64,000 nucleotides of DNA from positions 58,838,001-58,902,000 of the forward strand of contig OX597821.1 of NCBI GenBank assembly GCA_951406725.2, given 5' to 3'. Numbering within the stretch: position 1 is the stretch's first letter; every line of letters starts with the position of its first letter. The notes beneath the pieces were generated by a model. It was not told the DNA's origin, did no database searches, and was given only the letters and a program-made list of their open reading frames with translations. The stretch is from Octopus vulgaris (Eukaryota). Position numbers and translations under genes: made by a program. Shown piece by piece: positions 10,446 through 23,881 of the stretch.

Positions 10446-12829
10446 TCACATCTTAGTGTCTGCTTTGCACAGCCATATGTGAAAAGAGTTTTCAAAATTG
10501 TTTCTCTCTAGTTGAGTTACTGACACAATAAAACTGCAACTTAATCTAAAAAGAATTATCAGAATATCAGAATATCAGAATATCAGAATATTAGAATATC
10601 AGATAAGTGAAATGAAATTTCAGATGTGGGAAAAAATAAATTCACCCAGAAATGAACCAAAAAAAAAAAAAAATTCTGCTCTTGTATATTGATACCAGGC
10701 AAATTCATGGTATACTATAAAATAACTTTGCCCTTTAGGAATGTTACTGTTAAATAAATACAAAATATACTCTGCAGAGACTTCCAGGAGGTATTACACT
10801 TCTTAACATGTTCTTATCATTTATAAGATGTTCATAAAAATAAAATTGGTTATTAAATACTGTAATCATAAACCTTTACACTCTGATAGACAACAGAAAG
10901 ATATACTTGTGTCATACTAACTTAATTGGCAGCTTCTGTACATGTAAAGAAGAAGAGACATTTGGGTGGATTATAAATTAAATTAGAGTTGATAAAGTTT
11001 AAAAATAAAATGAAAACAAACAGCCCCAGCCTCAAAATATGAAACCTTGGGTGCAGTTTCAGTAATATTAAGAGCGTGGAATCTTTATTGATATACTCTT
11101 AGAGAATTTGATATCGGGAATTTTTATGGTAAAGGAACGTGAAAGGGCTTTGTTAAAAGTAAGGAATAGGAGTGTTTTGCAGAGATTCGGTTTAGATTAT
11201 GTTTTTAAAAAGCAGTAGAGGAGTGTGAAAATTTGGAAGATGGAGAATAAATATGGTAGTCTTGTGATATGGTTAAAGTCTACAGGAAGGAATGAAATTA
11301 GAAACTGAATAAATTCCAAAGGAATGAAATGCTGTTAATGAATTGCAGGGGGACTGTCAGAATCCTTATCAAGTTTTATTTCATTTTCTGTGTCCTCGGC
11401 AGTAATCTAGCTCACCCATCTTTGAAAACACGCAACATAGAAAGATACATTCAACTCATAAAGTTAAAATTAATTTCAGTGTTGAATAATGAATCTGAGG
11501 CATTGATTCTATCTACCTTAAAGATAGAGTGAGATATATTAAAATGCATGGTGTTTTATTGAGAAAACACCTGACATCTTAAAGATGAAGAGCAAACTGA
11601 CTTCAATTGATTTAGTTAATTTCTCATTACTCTGAAAATACCCAGCCACACTCAATTTCAGAAATGAATGTAAAATTATCAAGGATAATTAATGTAAGAT
11701 CTAATTAGTTGATATGTGTGTGCATGTGTACATGCATGCATGTGTACATGCATGCATGTGTGTGTGTGTGTGAATGTGTGTGTATGTGTGTGCATGTGCA
11801 CATGTGTGTGTGATGTTATGTAGAGAATTTTTGCCACCCATCAAACATCTTGGTTTCTGGAACCAAACTAGTTGAAAATAAATATTATTTTTCCTCATTC
11901 CATGGAATGAACATTCAATGACTGACACTTTTATTTTATGGACTTAAAGATTGCAGCATAGATTTACAAAAAAGAAACAAAAAAATTGAAAACTCAAATC
12001 AGAACAACTGAGTCATGTTTATGTCTTGCAATTAAGTTTCACTAATGACTCATCATCACCATTTAATGCCTGTTTCCCATGCTGGCATGGTTTGGACAGT
12101 TTGACAGGAGCTGGTGAGCCAAGGGACTATGCTGAGCTCCAGTGTCTGCTTTGGCATAGTTTCTATAGCTGGATGCCTTTCCTAATGCCAGCACCTTTGC
12201 AGTGTGCATTGGGTGCTTTTTACATAACACCAGCACCAGTGAGGTTACCAAGATATTTGCAAGACAAGACCCTTAAAGTTTGAAAATACCAGATGAAAAT
12301 AATATAATGAAGTAGGCCTTATACTTTTAATTTTTAATACTTAAAAACATCGAAGAAGAAACAATTGAAACCATACTGATAACTTTTAAATAAATTTAAT
12401 TTCTTCATGATTTTTAAGTGAATTTTTCACTCTCTGGAATCAATGCAGTCAAGTTTATATTTACTTAGAAAATCTCAATTTGTTGCTAAGAACTAAAATA
12501 CTTTGTCCTTCATCTTTAAACTTCTGGCTAATGAAGGAATCTCTACATGACAGTTCAAGTTGCTAGAAATAGAAGTCAGATCTCTTTAAGTTCATTCTGT
12601 CATCTCTTAAATAAGGTTCTTAACCTGGATGGTAGTGTTGTCTTGCTGTGAACTTATGAGGTAGTAGCAAATATCAAAGAACAATACGATAGGTGGGTGG
12701 GGGGTGGGGGGTCATATATATTAAAGGAAAATGTGAGTTTTCTTAGAAATACAATATTTAAACTAAATGCAGTACTTTTAACCACATTTTCCAAAATAAA
12801 AAAGAAAAATTTGTTGGAATTAAAATATG

Positions 12830-13600
12830 AAAAGGAAAGACATCAAGTTATCAATGAGATCATTTGCATCACCTGTATTGACCAGACTTTTGGAAGTTTG
12901 TATACACTGCTGATCACAATGTCCTTCCAATTCTTTCTTCCTTGCCCCTTTCTTTTCTATCTGAGCCCAAATCAATTCCCCGTCAATTTGGAGGTTTCCT
13001 GAGTAGGCTTTTTTGAACTTTTGGGGACCACTCAGCAATGATATTCTGAGCATAGATCTTTCCATGGCCCATTGTGTTGTAGCTGGATAGCCAAGAAGAA
13101 ATCATGGCTAAACCAGTTGTTTCACATGATCAGCTGATTAACCAATCAATCAGTATCAAGCCATTATGTGATTCAACTTCCTAGAACTTTCTCACTGAGC
13201 CCTATATAAAGGTAGTTTTTGGTGGCAGCTCCAGAATGTGAGGCAATTGCTTGTAGAGTGTTGAGGCAGCCACCTGACATCTCCATTCTCATGGCAGTTC
13301 AGAAGGCACAGATTTTGTCTTCATGAATATAGTGTGATTATTTTTCATTTGTGATGGGCCAACCACAGATTGCTATACAGCAGTTAAATTGTCAAAGGTC
13401 TCAATAGTATGTCTTCCTCATTGTGTAATTGTTCCTTTTATTCTTCATCAAAAGGCCAACACAGAAAGCACTCTGTGCAGTAAATAAAGCTTCTGCTAAT
13501 TGTTCGTGAGTGTTGTTTATCATTTTTACATACAACTCTAGAAAAACATTTTCATTTTCCACCAACACCAAGTTCAAAATGACGCCCCCCCAACAGTGTC
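12830..13600 (-). mobile_element. Ancient RTE-like LINE remnant
   Basis: Minus-strand MERSMLRIS and KRPTRKPPN-like motifs; heavily decayed. Confidence 0.35.
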
Positions 13601-14217
13601 ATAGCTAAATCAATGTTCTTCATTGGCTGAATAGTACAAGAAAATAAGGACAACAAAAAAATTGTGTAGAATTAATTTCTATTTGTTGAAATAACCTTTT
13701 TGATTCTTTTGTTACAAAACATGGAGAGGAATTTGTAAACCATTATTCTATGAAAGGAGAAGGCTCAGAGTAGAAAGACAGTCTCTCCTGGAATTCCTTT
13801 GATTATAGGTCTAGTCAATCAGAGATAAACTCAAGCTAAATAACAACAATAATTCATGACTGTGACACTATAGTCAACATCACATTTGCTTGCAAAAGAT
13901 GGACTGCAATTGCTTATAGCTTCAGTGTCTCTTATCTTCATTAAGTCATTCTCTATAATAGGTTCTCAAACGCTGAATAGTCGTAACTGAAATTCATTTG
14001 ATCAATAGATATAATCAGTTATGGCTAACCTGTTGCTAAACAACAGCAGCAACAACAACAACTTCAATAAATATAAATGTAAATATATGTATCAACTCTA
14101 CTATATTTATTCAGTATATTTGACATTGTCACATACAGTTATACAGACAATGTATGTATTGATGTGTGTGTGATTTAATTACTATACACACACACACACA
14201 CACACACATGCACACAC

Positions 14218-14264
<47 letters not shown>

Positions 14265-14308
14265 CAGCTGTCTGGATGTTTTGTGTTCTTGTTCCATTTT
14301 TTGTAGTC

Positions 14309-14414
<106 letters not shown>

Positions 14415-15151
14415 GCGAGAATGAAGCAACAAGAATGGATAGGTTTTTATACAATCGTTTCATACAAGGACAGGTTTTATTAAAAGTTGCAAAAATTACA
14501 GCATATAAACGTGTCCCGTACTCATCAGCTAAAATACATGTGAGTTCTCTAGACATCCTAGTGGTTGAGGCTATACTCATGAAGTAATGTAGATAATTAA
14601 GTAACATAAACAGATTTCTGTAATGCTAATAAGCAGGAATTGAAACCCACCTCGTTGTAATTAACAATGGATAAATTTGCCTTCTGTGAGTATGTAATCC
14701 CTCATCATATCTCTGGAAATTCATATGTGCACTATGGATTGGGTCACCTTCTCTGTGATGCTATTAAGACTTTTTTTAAAATTCTGTGATAAGACTGTAC
14801 ATCATCTTTAAAGAACTTTAATGAACTTTTGAAATCAGTTTATGTTACTTAATTATCTACATTACTTCATGAGTATAGCCTCAACCACTAGGATGTCTAG
14901 AGAACTCACATGTATTTTAGCTGATGAGTACGGGACACGTTTATATGCTGTAATTTTTGCAACTTTTAATAAAACCTGTCCTTGTATGAAACGATTGTAC
15001 TAAAAACCTATCCATTCTTGTTGCTTCATTCTCGCTTATAATCACCCCACATTACTGTATTGTTAAATCAGTATAGTTTTTTTTGGTGCATCTAAGTTAG
15101 GTACCATATTCAAGTAAATTCATTTTAATTAACTTGAATCTTTATTGCTTT
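14415..15151 (+). mobile_element. Penelope-like pLTR module with ~204-bp inverted arms (14415-14618 / 14831-15035)
   Basis: Arms differ, by eye, by one substitution and one indel; each arm contains a hammerhead; embedded between two (TA)n tracts. Confidence 0.75.
14915..15005 (+). ncRNA. Minimal type I hammerhead ribozyme, canonical core
   Basis: ttttag-CTGATGA-[gtacgggaca...tgtccttgtat]-GAAA-cgattg-TA-ctaaaa: stem I 6 bp, long stem II, 2-bp stem III, GUA cleavage triplet. Confidence 0.8.
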
Positions 15152-15199
15152 TTGTATATATATATATATATATATCAATATATATATATATATATATCA

Positions 15200-15233
<34 letters not shown>

Positions 15234-15309
15234 GCATATATATATGTACATTATATATATATACATATATATAATGTACATGTATATATATATACACACA
15301 CATAGTTGC

Positions 15310-15342
<33 letters not shown>

Positions 15343-15462
15343 TATATACACACACATATATATATATATACATATATATTTATATATCAACTTAAATACT
15401 TAAAAATCAAATATATATATGGGATTTTATATATGTATAATATATATATATATATATATATA

Positions 15463-15842
15463 TCTATATAAACGGCAGTTTGTCTGTGCGTGTTTCTGTG
15501 TGTCTGTTTGCTTGTACCCTCACTATGACCACGGCTTTCAACCGATTCTGATGAAACTTGACACACACATAGCCCAATGTCATAATTCAAAACTAACGCA
15601 GCGAAAATTTTGAAAAGTTCCCCCAGTTCTGAAAAAAATCGATAAATTCGACATGGGGTCGAGAATCAGAAATACGAACCCCAAACTGTCTAGGGGACGC
15701 AACTCCACTTTTTTTAAATCTCAAAAAAAAATTTACCATCATTTTTTTCCATTTTATTTTCTATTTTTTGGCTATAACTCTCAAGAAATGCTTTATAGTT
15801 ATTTCCCTTACAAACCTGAGCAACGCCGGGCGATACTGCTAG
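15463..15842 (+). mobile_element. Non-autonomous Helitron
   Basis: 5' TC, subterminal hairpin cctgagcaacgccggg, 3' CTAG, inserted between A and T in (TA)n. Confidence 0.8.
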
Positions 15843-16058
15843 TATATATATATATATATATATATATATGGGATTTTTAAGTATTTAAATTGATATATAA
15901 ATATATATATATATTTTTACAGATGTACGTACTTAATACTTATTCTGATATTGTTTAACAAGATAAGACCCAGCTAGTGTGTAACAAAATATATATGTTG
16001 TATAGGTGCATTTATGTATATATATATATATATATTTATATATGTATATATGTGTGTG

Positions 16059-16100
<42 letters not shown>

Positions 16101-16214
16101 TATGTGTATATATTTAACTATATAAACATATGAATGAAATGAATATATATATATATATTTATAAATATACAGATATATATGTGTTTGTGAGTGCATGCAT
16201 GCACATTTGTCAGT

Positions 16215-16260
<46 letters not shown>

Positions 16261-16544
16261 GTGTGTTTGTGTGTGCTTAACCCCCCACCACATAATCACA
16301 TGAGTTTATATTTACAAGTGTGTCAGTTCATTAGTGAGTGTCATGTAAGTTTATGAGTGTGCACAAATGAATATGTATACAAGCACTAATATTTATTTCT
16401 CCAATTTTACTTCTGATAAGAACTGGTCTAAATCACAAAGTTCCCATTGTTAAGATCTATAAAATGAAATATATTAAATAAAATTTTGAACTTGGGAAAA
16501 TTCTTACATATTTTCAGGTTTGCATTCATTTAATATACTGTATC

Positions 16545-16776
16545 TGTATCTTTTCCTTGTTTCAGTCATTGGACTGCAGCCATGCTGGGAGAGCACTTTG
16601 AAGGGTTTAGCCAAGCAAATCAAGCCCAGTTCTTATTTATTTTTCAAGTCTAGTATTTATTCTATTGGTCTTTTTTGCTGAACCTTTAAGTTATGGGAAC
16701 AGACATAAACCATCAATGGTTATCAAGCATACAAAGATACACACATATACATATTTGTATACACACAGACACACAA

Positions 16777-16807
<31 letters not shown>

Positions 16808-16932
16808 TGTATGTATGTATGTATGTATGTATGTATGTATGTATTTATGTATGTATGTACATATGTATAGATAGATGGATATAGATATAGATATACATAT
16901 AGATGGATAGATAGATAGGTAAATAGACAGAC

Positions 16933-16977
<45 letters not shown>

Positions 16978-17140
16978 CATTACAGGTCTCCGCACAGTTT
17001 CTGTCTACCAAATTCACTGTAGGTTACAGTAGAAGACTCTTGCTCAAGGTGCTACACTTGCTCAAGGTTCTGCACTTGCTCAAGGGACTGAACCCAAAAC
17101 CATATGGTTGCAATCTTAATTTCTTAACCACATGACCATC
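16545..17140 (-). mobile_element. Degenerate tRNA/CORE-like SINE (family B) with expanded internal microsatellite
   Basis: Matches the family B copies at 25029 and 31209. Confidence 0.7.
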
Positions 17141-17155
17141 ATAACTTATTTATTC

Positions 17156-17375
17156 TATTGGGTTGGCCAAATTGTCTTCAGTTTTTGTCAGCACTAAAGT
17201 TCAGGCACTCTAATAAGTAGTTAACATAAAAATTCACCTGGAAGAGGTTTTTATCAATAAAGACAAGAAGTTCTTATGTCATTGATTGAATAAATCGCTT
17301 TTTGTTTAAAACTTGTTATATTTTTACTTAAAAAACAAAACAAAAAAGCAAATGGAGATTTTGGCCAATACAATA
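17156..17375. mobile_element. Mariner-type MITE
   Basis: TIRs tattgggttggccaaa / tttggccaatacaata with TA termini. Confidence 0.6.
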
Positions 17376-17539
17376 GATCTGATAATAATTTTGCAATGCA
17401 TTAATTTTAATATTGGTTTGTTCATTTTATGTCTGTTTTTCTATGCTTGCATGGGTTGGATGAATATGTTGAGACATTGTTTTAGAGCTAGGTGCCCTTA
17501 GTAATGCTAATCCTTACCATTTTTTCTAGTAAGGGATCA

Positions 17540-17727
17540 CAGGCATAGCTGTGTAGTTAAGAAGCTCGCTTTGCAATTACATCGTTTCAGGTTCAGTCCT
17601 GCTATGCAGCACCTTGAGCAAGTGTGTTTTATTATAACTCTAGTCAACTAATGCCTTGTGAATGAAAATTTAGTAGACAGAAACTGTGTGGAAGCCCATC
17701 ATATGTGTGTGTGTGTGTGTGTGTGTT

Positions 17728-17780
<53 letters not shown>

Positions 17781-17990
17781 GTGTGTTTGTGTGTGCTTAA
17801 CCCCCCCACCACTTTATAAACAGTTTTTGATTAGTTTACAGCTTCATAACTTAGTAGTTTAGCAAAAGAGATCAATAAATTAAGTACTGGAGTTTAAAAA
17901 AGAAAAAGTACTGAGATCAATTTGGTCAACAAAGTGCCCCACCATGGCAACAATCCAATGACAAGAACATGGTAAAGACAAACAATAAAA
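17540..17990 (+). mobile_element. Degenerate SINE family B
   Basis: ggttcagtcc B box, accttgagcaagt CORE-like motif, internal (GT)n. Confidence 0.7.
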
Positions 17991-18875
17991 AAAAGACAGT
18001 ATGTTCATTCATGTTATTCAATATTTATCATCGCCATCATTGTCATCATCGTCGTCATCATTTAACATCTGGTTTCCATGCTGGCATGGGTTGGACAGTT
18101 TGACAGGACATGGCAAGACCAGGGGTCACATCAGGTTCCAGTTATCTGTTTTGGTATAGTTTCTATAGCTGGATGCCTTTCTTAATATCTTTCTTAATGC
18201 CAACCACTTTACAGAGTGTGCCCCAGCACCAGTGTTATTATGTGGCACCAGCACAGATGCTTTTTACATGGCATCAGCATCATTGCCCTTTACACGGCAC
18301 TGGCATGGGTGCTCCTTATGTGACACTGGCATGGGTGCTCGTTATGTGGCACTGGCACAGGTGTCTTCTACATGGCACCACCACAGGTGCTTTTTACATG
18401 GCACTATTCAACCACCACATCTAGGCTTCAGTCTAGAACTATTTAGGTATGCATACTGTGAATATTTGGTTGGCAGAATAAATTCACTAAGAACCTAAAA
18501 ATATCTGTAATTAGAAAGAAGAGAAAGCAATGCTAAGTAGAAAATGAAAGTTTATACATTGCATTAAAAATGGTGAGTGATGCATGCCATCGGGATATAA
18601 TAACTCAAAGACATTCTTTCAGTTAGTTAAGAGTTGGATATTGTCTTCAGGTGTAGTCTTTCAGGGTCCACATTTGTTGTTAAAGTTGGGGAATTTGTAC
18701 CCTGTCAAACAGTGGTGTATGTAATACTTAGCTAAAAATACCTAGTTCTTTTTGGTTTTTTCATTCCTATTTACAAGAAACCACGTATATGTGTGTGCGT
18801 GTACTTATCTGTCTGTCTGCTGGCCTGCCTGTTTGCCTATATGTCTGTCTACTTGCATGTCTGTCTGTCTGTATA

Positions 18876-18938
<63 letters not shown>

Positions 18939-19028
18939 CCCCACCTTTTTTTTCCTTCTTCCCAAAAAGAAAAGCTTTTCTTTGTATTTTGTCCCTTCTG
19001 TGTTCAGCCCTGCATAGCCAATAAAGAA

Positions 19029-19116
<88 letters not shown>

Positions 19117-19569
19117 GTCTGTCTATTTACCTATGTGTTTATCTCTCTATCTGTCTGCCTGTCTGTTTTCTTGCTGCACCTACAATGATGCATCACCTGC
19201 CCTTACATTAACAACACTACAACCACCATCAGGCCTAAGTCACAGTACCACTGCCCAAAACGTCTGTGGTACATTGTCCATCATTACATGTTGCATCATT
19301 TTCAAGCTTTGTAGTGCTCTTTATATTGGGAAAACAGGCCAATACCTTGCTAATTACTTTCAGGAGTACATTGAAAGCACACTATTATGTATGCCTGATC
19401 AATTTGTCATCACCCACTTCAACATAACAGACCATTGCTTTATCCTCATAACAGTGTGCAACATTTCCTCATGCCTTGGGTACACATACTCAGGGAAATG
19501 GTAGGAACCACATTTACTAGTCAAACTTGGTACTATGTGATTGATGGATTTAGATGAACATATATACCT

Positions 19570-19801
19570 ATTTCTTTATTACCCACAAGGGGCTAAACAC
19601 AGAGGGGACAAACAAGGACAGACATAGGTATCAAGTCGATTACATCGACCCCAGTGTGTAACTGGTACTTAATTTATCGACCCCGAAAGGATGAAAGGCA
19701 AAGTTGACCTCGGCGGACTTTGAACTCACAATGTAATGGCAGACGAAATACCGCTAAGCATTTTGCCCGGCGTGCTAACGTTTCTGCCAGCTCGCCGCCT
19801 T
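19570..19801 (-). mobile_element. SINE family A, L1/Tx1-like tail type
   Basis: Full head-to-tail match to 26818-27050. Confidence 0.85.
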
Positions 19802-19817
19802 ATATGAACATATATAC

Positions 19818-20031
19818 TGCCTGACTGGCCCTCATGCTGGTGGCACGTAAAAGCACCCACTACACTCTCAGAGTGGTTGGCGTTAGGAAGGGCATCCAGC
19901 AGTAGAAACTCTGCCAGATCAAGATTGGAGCCTGGTGCAGCCATCTGGCTCACCAGTCCTCAGTCAAACTGTCCAACCCATGCTAGCATGGAAAGCGGAC
20001 GTTAAACGATGATGATGATGATGATGATGAT
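19818..20031 (+). mobile_element. RTE 3' UTR fragment
   Basis: Matches 3215-3414; (GAT)n tail. Confidence 0.85.
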
Positions 20032-20444
20032 CTTCCTTCTGCTCCTACACCTCTCCTAAGTTCAGTAATCATTTTATTATCCTTTAACTTCCCCTCTCAC
20101 CTCAATTTTCCCCTTCATCTCACCCTCAACTTCACTCACTTTTTGTCCTTATTTCCTTTCCATCTAAATCCCTCACCAAGTTTCTCCCATAAATTCCTGT
20201 CTGCCAATGAAGCTCATATTGTCTTGCATTCCTCATTTGTTGCAACCAGTTTCTCAAACATAGAAGATGTTCAACTTTGCTGTCTTTCTTTATTTTCCCT
20301 CTGTCAATGTTTAACTGAAGAAGGACTTGGTAGAAAACATTGGATTTTTCCACTTTCTCTAGTGATTTCACTGTACTTTTTCTGTTAACGCTGATCAATA
20401 CTAGTCACTTTGGATTCCATTTTATTCATATATGTATGTATGTA

Positions 20445-20489
<45 letters not shown>

Positions 20490-21620
20490 TATATATACAT
20501 CAAGGATCGGCTAAAAAGTTCATAGGCTGACCAAGATACTTTCATGGAATGTGACCAAATATGGTTTTATTTTTCAACATAGTCCCCCTTCCAGTCCACA
20601 CACTTTTTCCATCAGTGTTGCAGTACTTGGATCACATTGGTGAAGAAGTTTTCATCCTGTTGCTCAAAAAGTCATCAACAGCAGATACAATATCATCGTC
20701 ATTGCAATGCTAGTGCCCAGCCAAGTGTTTTTCATGCTGGGGAACAGATAGTCAGATGAGACCAAAATCAGGAGGATAGGGGCAGTGATCAACCAGTTCA
20801 AGGCCACAATCATGCACAGCGGCCATTGAAACCAAGAGTTTGTGGGCTGGAGCATTGTCCTGATGAAACAAGACCCCTTTTGTCAGTTTTTCTGGGTGTT
20901 TGGTCTTGATAATCTTTTGTAACTGCCTCAATGTGTTGGCATAGAACATTCCATTGATGTGTGGCCATTTGGAAGATATCCAATAAACAGAATGCTTTTT
21001 GCATCCCAAAAACTGAAGGTGCCACCTTAGCCTTCTTTTGAGCAGGTGGGGAAAGGTGTTTCCACTGCATGGATTATTTCTTTGCCTCTGGATCAAAGTG
21101 ATGAACTCAACACTCTTCCTGAGTTAGGAAATGTTAAAAAAACCCCAGCTGAATCTGCCTCAAACAATGTCAGATTTTTCTATGATGTGATCAACCTGGT
21201 ATGCTTTTGATCAGGTGTTGGAAGATGGGCACCCCGCCGAGCAGAAACCATCATTTTGCCAAGTTCATTGTGCAGAATATTCTCAACACTCTCACTGGAT
21301 ATGCTAATAGCATTGGCTATTAGACTAATAGCCAATCACATATCATCCATCACCATGTGGTGAACACAATCAATGATAGCAATTGCAGGACGTCCTGATC
21401 TTGGGTCACCTTCAGACTCTCATCTCCTCTCCTAAATTCAGCTGAAGTGTCATCCCTAAATGTAGCAAACATGTCTGCATGAACATCACTGGGGTCTAAA
21501 CCTTTTTTCAGCAAGTACTTCATAATACCACAATGCCAAATTTTGTCAATTTTCAAGATAAGTTGCTACTAGTTACTTTTGAAGTCTTCCTTGAGCAGTC
21601 AAATATCACTTTACCTAAAA

Positions 21621-22975
21621 CAGTGGCTCTTAACTATTTTCATTGTCTTACCCACTGAGACTCTCCTGGGTATTACCATGACCCCTATAATAAATTATGT
21701 AATGGTGGCCCCTGTCCCTATGATAAATTTTTTTGGTGAACTTTACATAATGGTAAGATAAAAGAAAACTATATGAAGGTCCTAATTTATTGAAGATATT
21801 ACAAGTAAAAGACCTTGAAACATGCTACAAGTGCTAAAAAATGCATGGTACTACCGAACATCGTACCAAACCTACTTATTCACTCAGTGGGAGATTTTAT
21901 ATTGTTTTGTAGCCATAAGTACATCAAAGCAAGGAGCAGTGCTCGACAGACAACACTTCATGCTAGCATCAATCACAAGCTTATGGCATGCCTTCATTTT
22001 CAGTGCCATCATTACTGAGAATCTAGCATTGCAGTGATAGGTTGAGGAGGACTGGATCAGCATGGTCAGTGCACACGTCAAAAGAAAAGAATAGTCATCC
22101 TTCAGTTTTGCCTAAAATGCCAGAAGCTTTTACTATACTCTTTACTCTTTTACTTGTTTCAGCCATTTGACTGTGGCCATGCTGGAGCACCACCTTTAGT
22201 CGAGCAAATCGACCCCAGGACTTATTCATTGTAAGCCTAGTACTTATTCTATTGGTCTCTTTTGCTGAACTGCAAACACACCAGCATCGGTTATCAAGAG
22301 ATGTTGGGAGGGGACAAACACAGACACACAAACATATACACACACATACATATATACATATATATGATGGGCTTCTTTCAGTTTCCATCTACCAAATCCA
22401 CTCACGAGGCTTTGGTCAGCCTGAGGCTATAGTAGAAGACACTTGCCCAAGTGGGACTGAACCTGGAACCATGTGGTTGGTAAGCAATCTACTTACCACA
22501 GAGCCACTCCTATGCCTTTCTTATTCAGAAAAGTCAACTTTCAACTGAGTATCCTCATGAATTTGAAGGAATTCTACCTTTGTAGCAACATCAGTAACAC
22601 TGATGGCACTGTCCTTCACTGAAAAGGATCTGCAGATCCTCACATCATTACAGCAGTCATCCAATTCTGGGAAGTAACTTTTGATGGCATCATTACCAGA
22701 AGATGTGCTGAAAGTTCTTCATGGAAACTACATTCAGCTTCTGGCATAGAATCTAGGATAGTTGTCATCTGAGGGAAGAAAGGTGTGTCATTGTCCTTAA
22801 CGCTTTTCTGGTAAAGTTGAATCTTACACTTGAATGCTGCATTGCGATATGTCACATACATGAAATAAATTACTTTCTCCCAAACACTCTACAACCCCTC
22901 TTAGAAACCCCAAACAACCTCCCCACCAGGTATTACAGTCCTTAAGGGTTACAACCCCCAGGTTAAGAATTGCTG
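21621..22975 (-). mobile_element. hAT (Charlie-type) deletion derivative
   Basis: TIRs cagtggctcttaac / gttaagaattgctg, exact 8-bp TSD acctaaaa (21613-21620, 22976-22983), hATC-like peptide STYHCNARFS...CCLSSTAP...KQYKISH. Confidence 0.85.
22134..22516 (-). mobile_element. SINE family B nested in the hAT element
   Basis: Full head-to-tail match, (TAAAAGAG)n tail. Confidence 0.85.
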
Positions 22976-23157
22976 ACCTAAAAAGAAACAATGTAGTTAT
23001 TGATAAGAAGGGTTGAAATTAATGCATGCAAGATTTCACGGCTCTAGCATCAGTCCTTCATAGTCAGCCTATGAACTTATTTCACACACATACACATATG
23101 CACACATGCACACACACACACACACACACATACACACACACATGCATTCATATAATG

Positions 23158-23800
23158 CTTACCTTTTACTTGTTTCAGTCATTAGACTGTGGCCATGCTG
23201 GGGCGCTGCCTTGGAGAATTTCTTTAGTTGATTCAATCAACCCCAGTTCTTTTTTTTTTAAATCCTGGTATTTCTTCTATCAGTTTCTTTTACCAAACCA
23301 CTAAGTTACTGGGATGTAAACACACCAACACCGGTTGTCAAGCTGTGGTGGGGGACAAACACAGATACAAAAACACACACACATAAATATACATATATAT
23401 ACAATGGGCTTCTATTAGTTTCTGTCTACCAAATCCACTCACAAGGCTTTGGTTGGCCTGAGGATATAGCAGAAGACACATACCCAAGGTGTCATGCAGA
23501 CGGACTGAACCCAGAACCGTGTGGTTGGGAGGCAGGCTTTTTATTTTTTTATTGCCCACTAGGGGCTAAACACAGAGGGGACAAACAAGGACAGACAAAT
23601 GGATTAAGTCGATAACATCGACTCCAGTGCATAACTGGTACTTAATTTTTTGACCCTGAATGTATGAAAGGCACGGTCGACCTCAGCTGAATTTGAACAC
23701 AGAATGTAACGGCAGACGAAAAACTGCTAAGCATTTCGCCTGGCATGCTAACGTTTCTGCCAGCTCACCACCTTCTCTTACCACACAGCCACACCCGTGC
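23158..23800 (-). mobile_element. SINE family B interrupted by a SINE family A copy (~23541-23774, minus)
   Basis: The family B head resumes at cttaccacacagcc (~23777). Confidence 0.8.
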
Positions 23801-23837
23801 TTATGCATGTACATTTATATATATGTTTTTATGAATA

Positions 23838-23876
<39 letters not shown>

Positions 23877-23881
23877 ATTAT

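Larger units (their letters stand above)
19170..20420 (+). mobile_element. Decayed Penelope-like element 3' part (GIY-YIG endonuclease remnant plus 3' UTR), interrupted at 19570-20031
   Basis: CCIIFKLCSALYIGKTGQYLANYFQEY...VITHFNITDH resembles the PLE motif CxxC..YIGETGR.L..RF.EH...V..HF...H; pyrimidine-rich UTR; degenerate CTGAAGA-aggac...GAAA at 20315-20336. Confidence 0.65.
20500..23084 (-). mobile_element. Decayed mariner transposon interrupted by a hAT element
   Basis: TIR remnants aaaagttcataggctgac (~20514) / gtcagcctatgaactta (~23062); minus-strand LFHQDNAPAH and PYPPDF motifs. Confidence 0.75.

Noticed and set aside
10556-10603. (TATCAGAA)x6 as a CR1 tail
   Set aside because: No LINE body upstream; treated as a simple tandem repeat.
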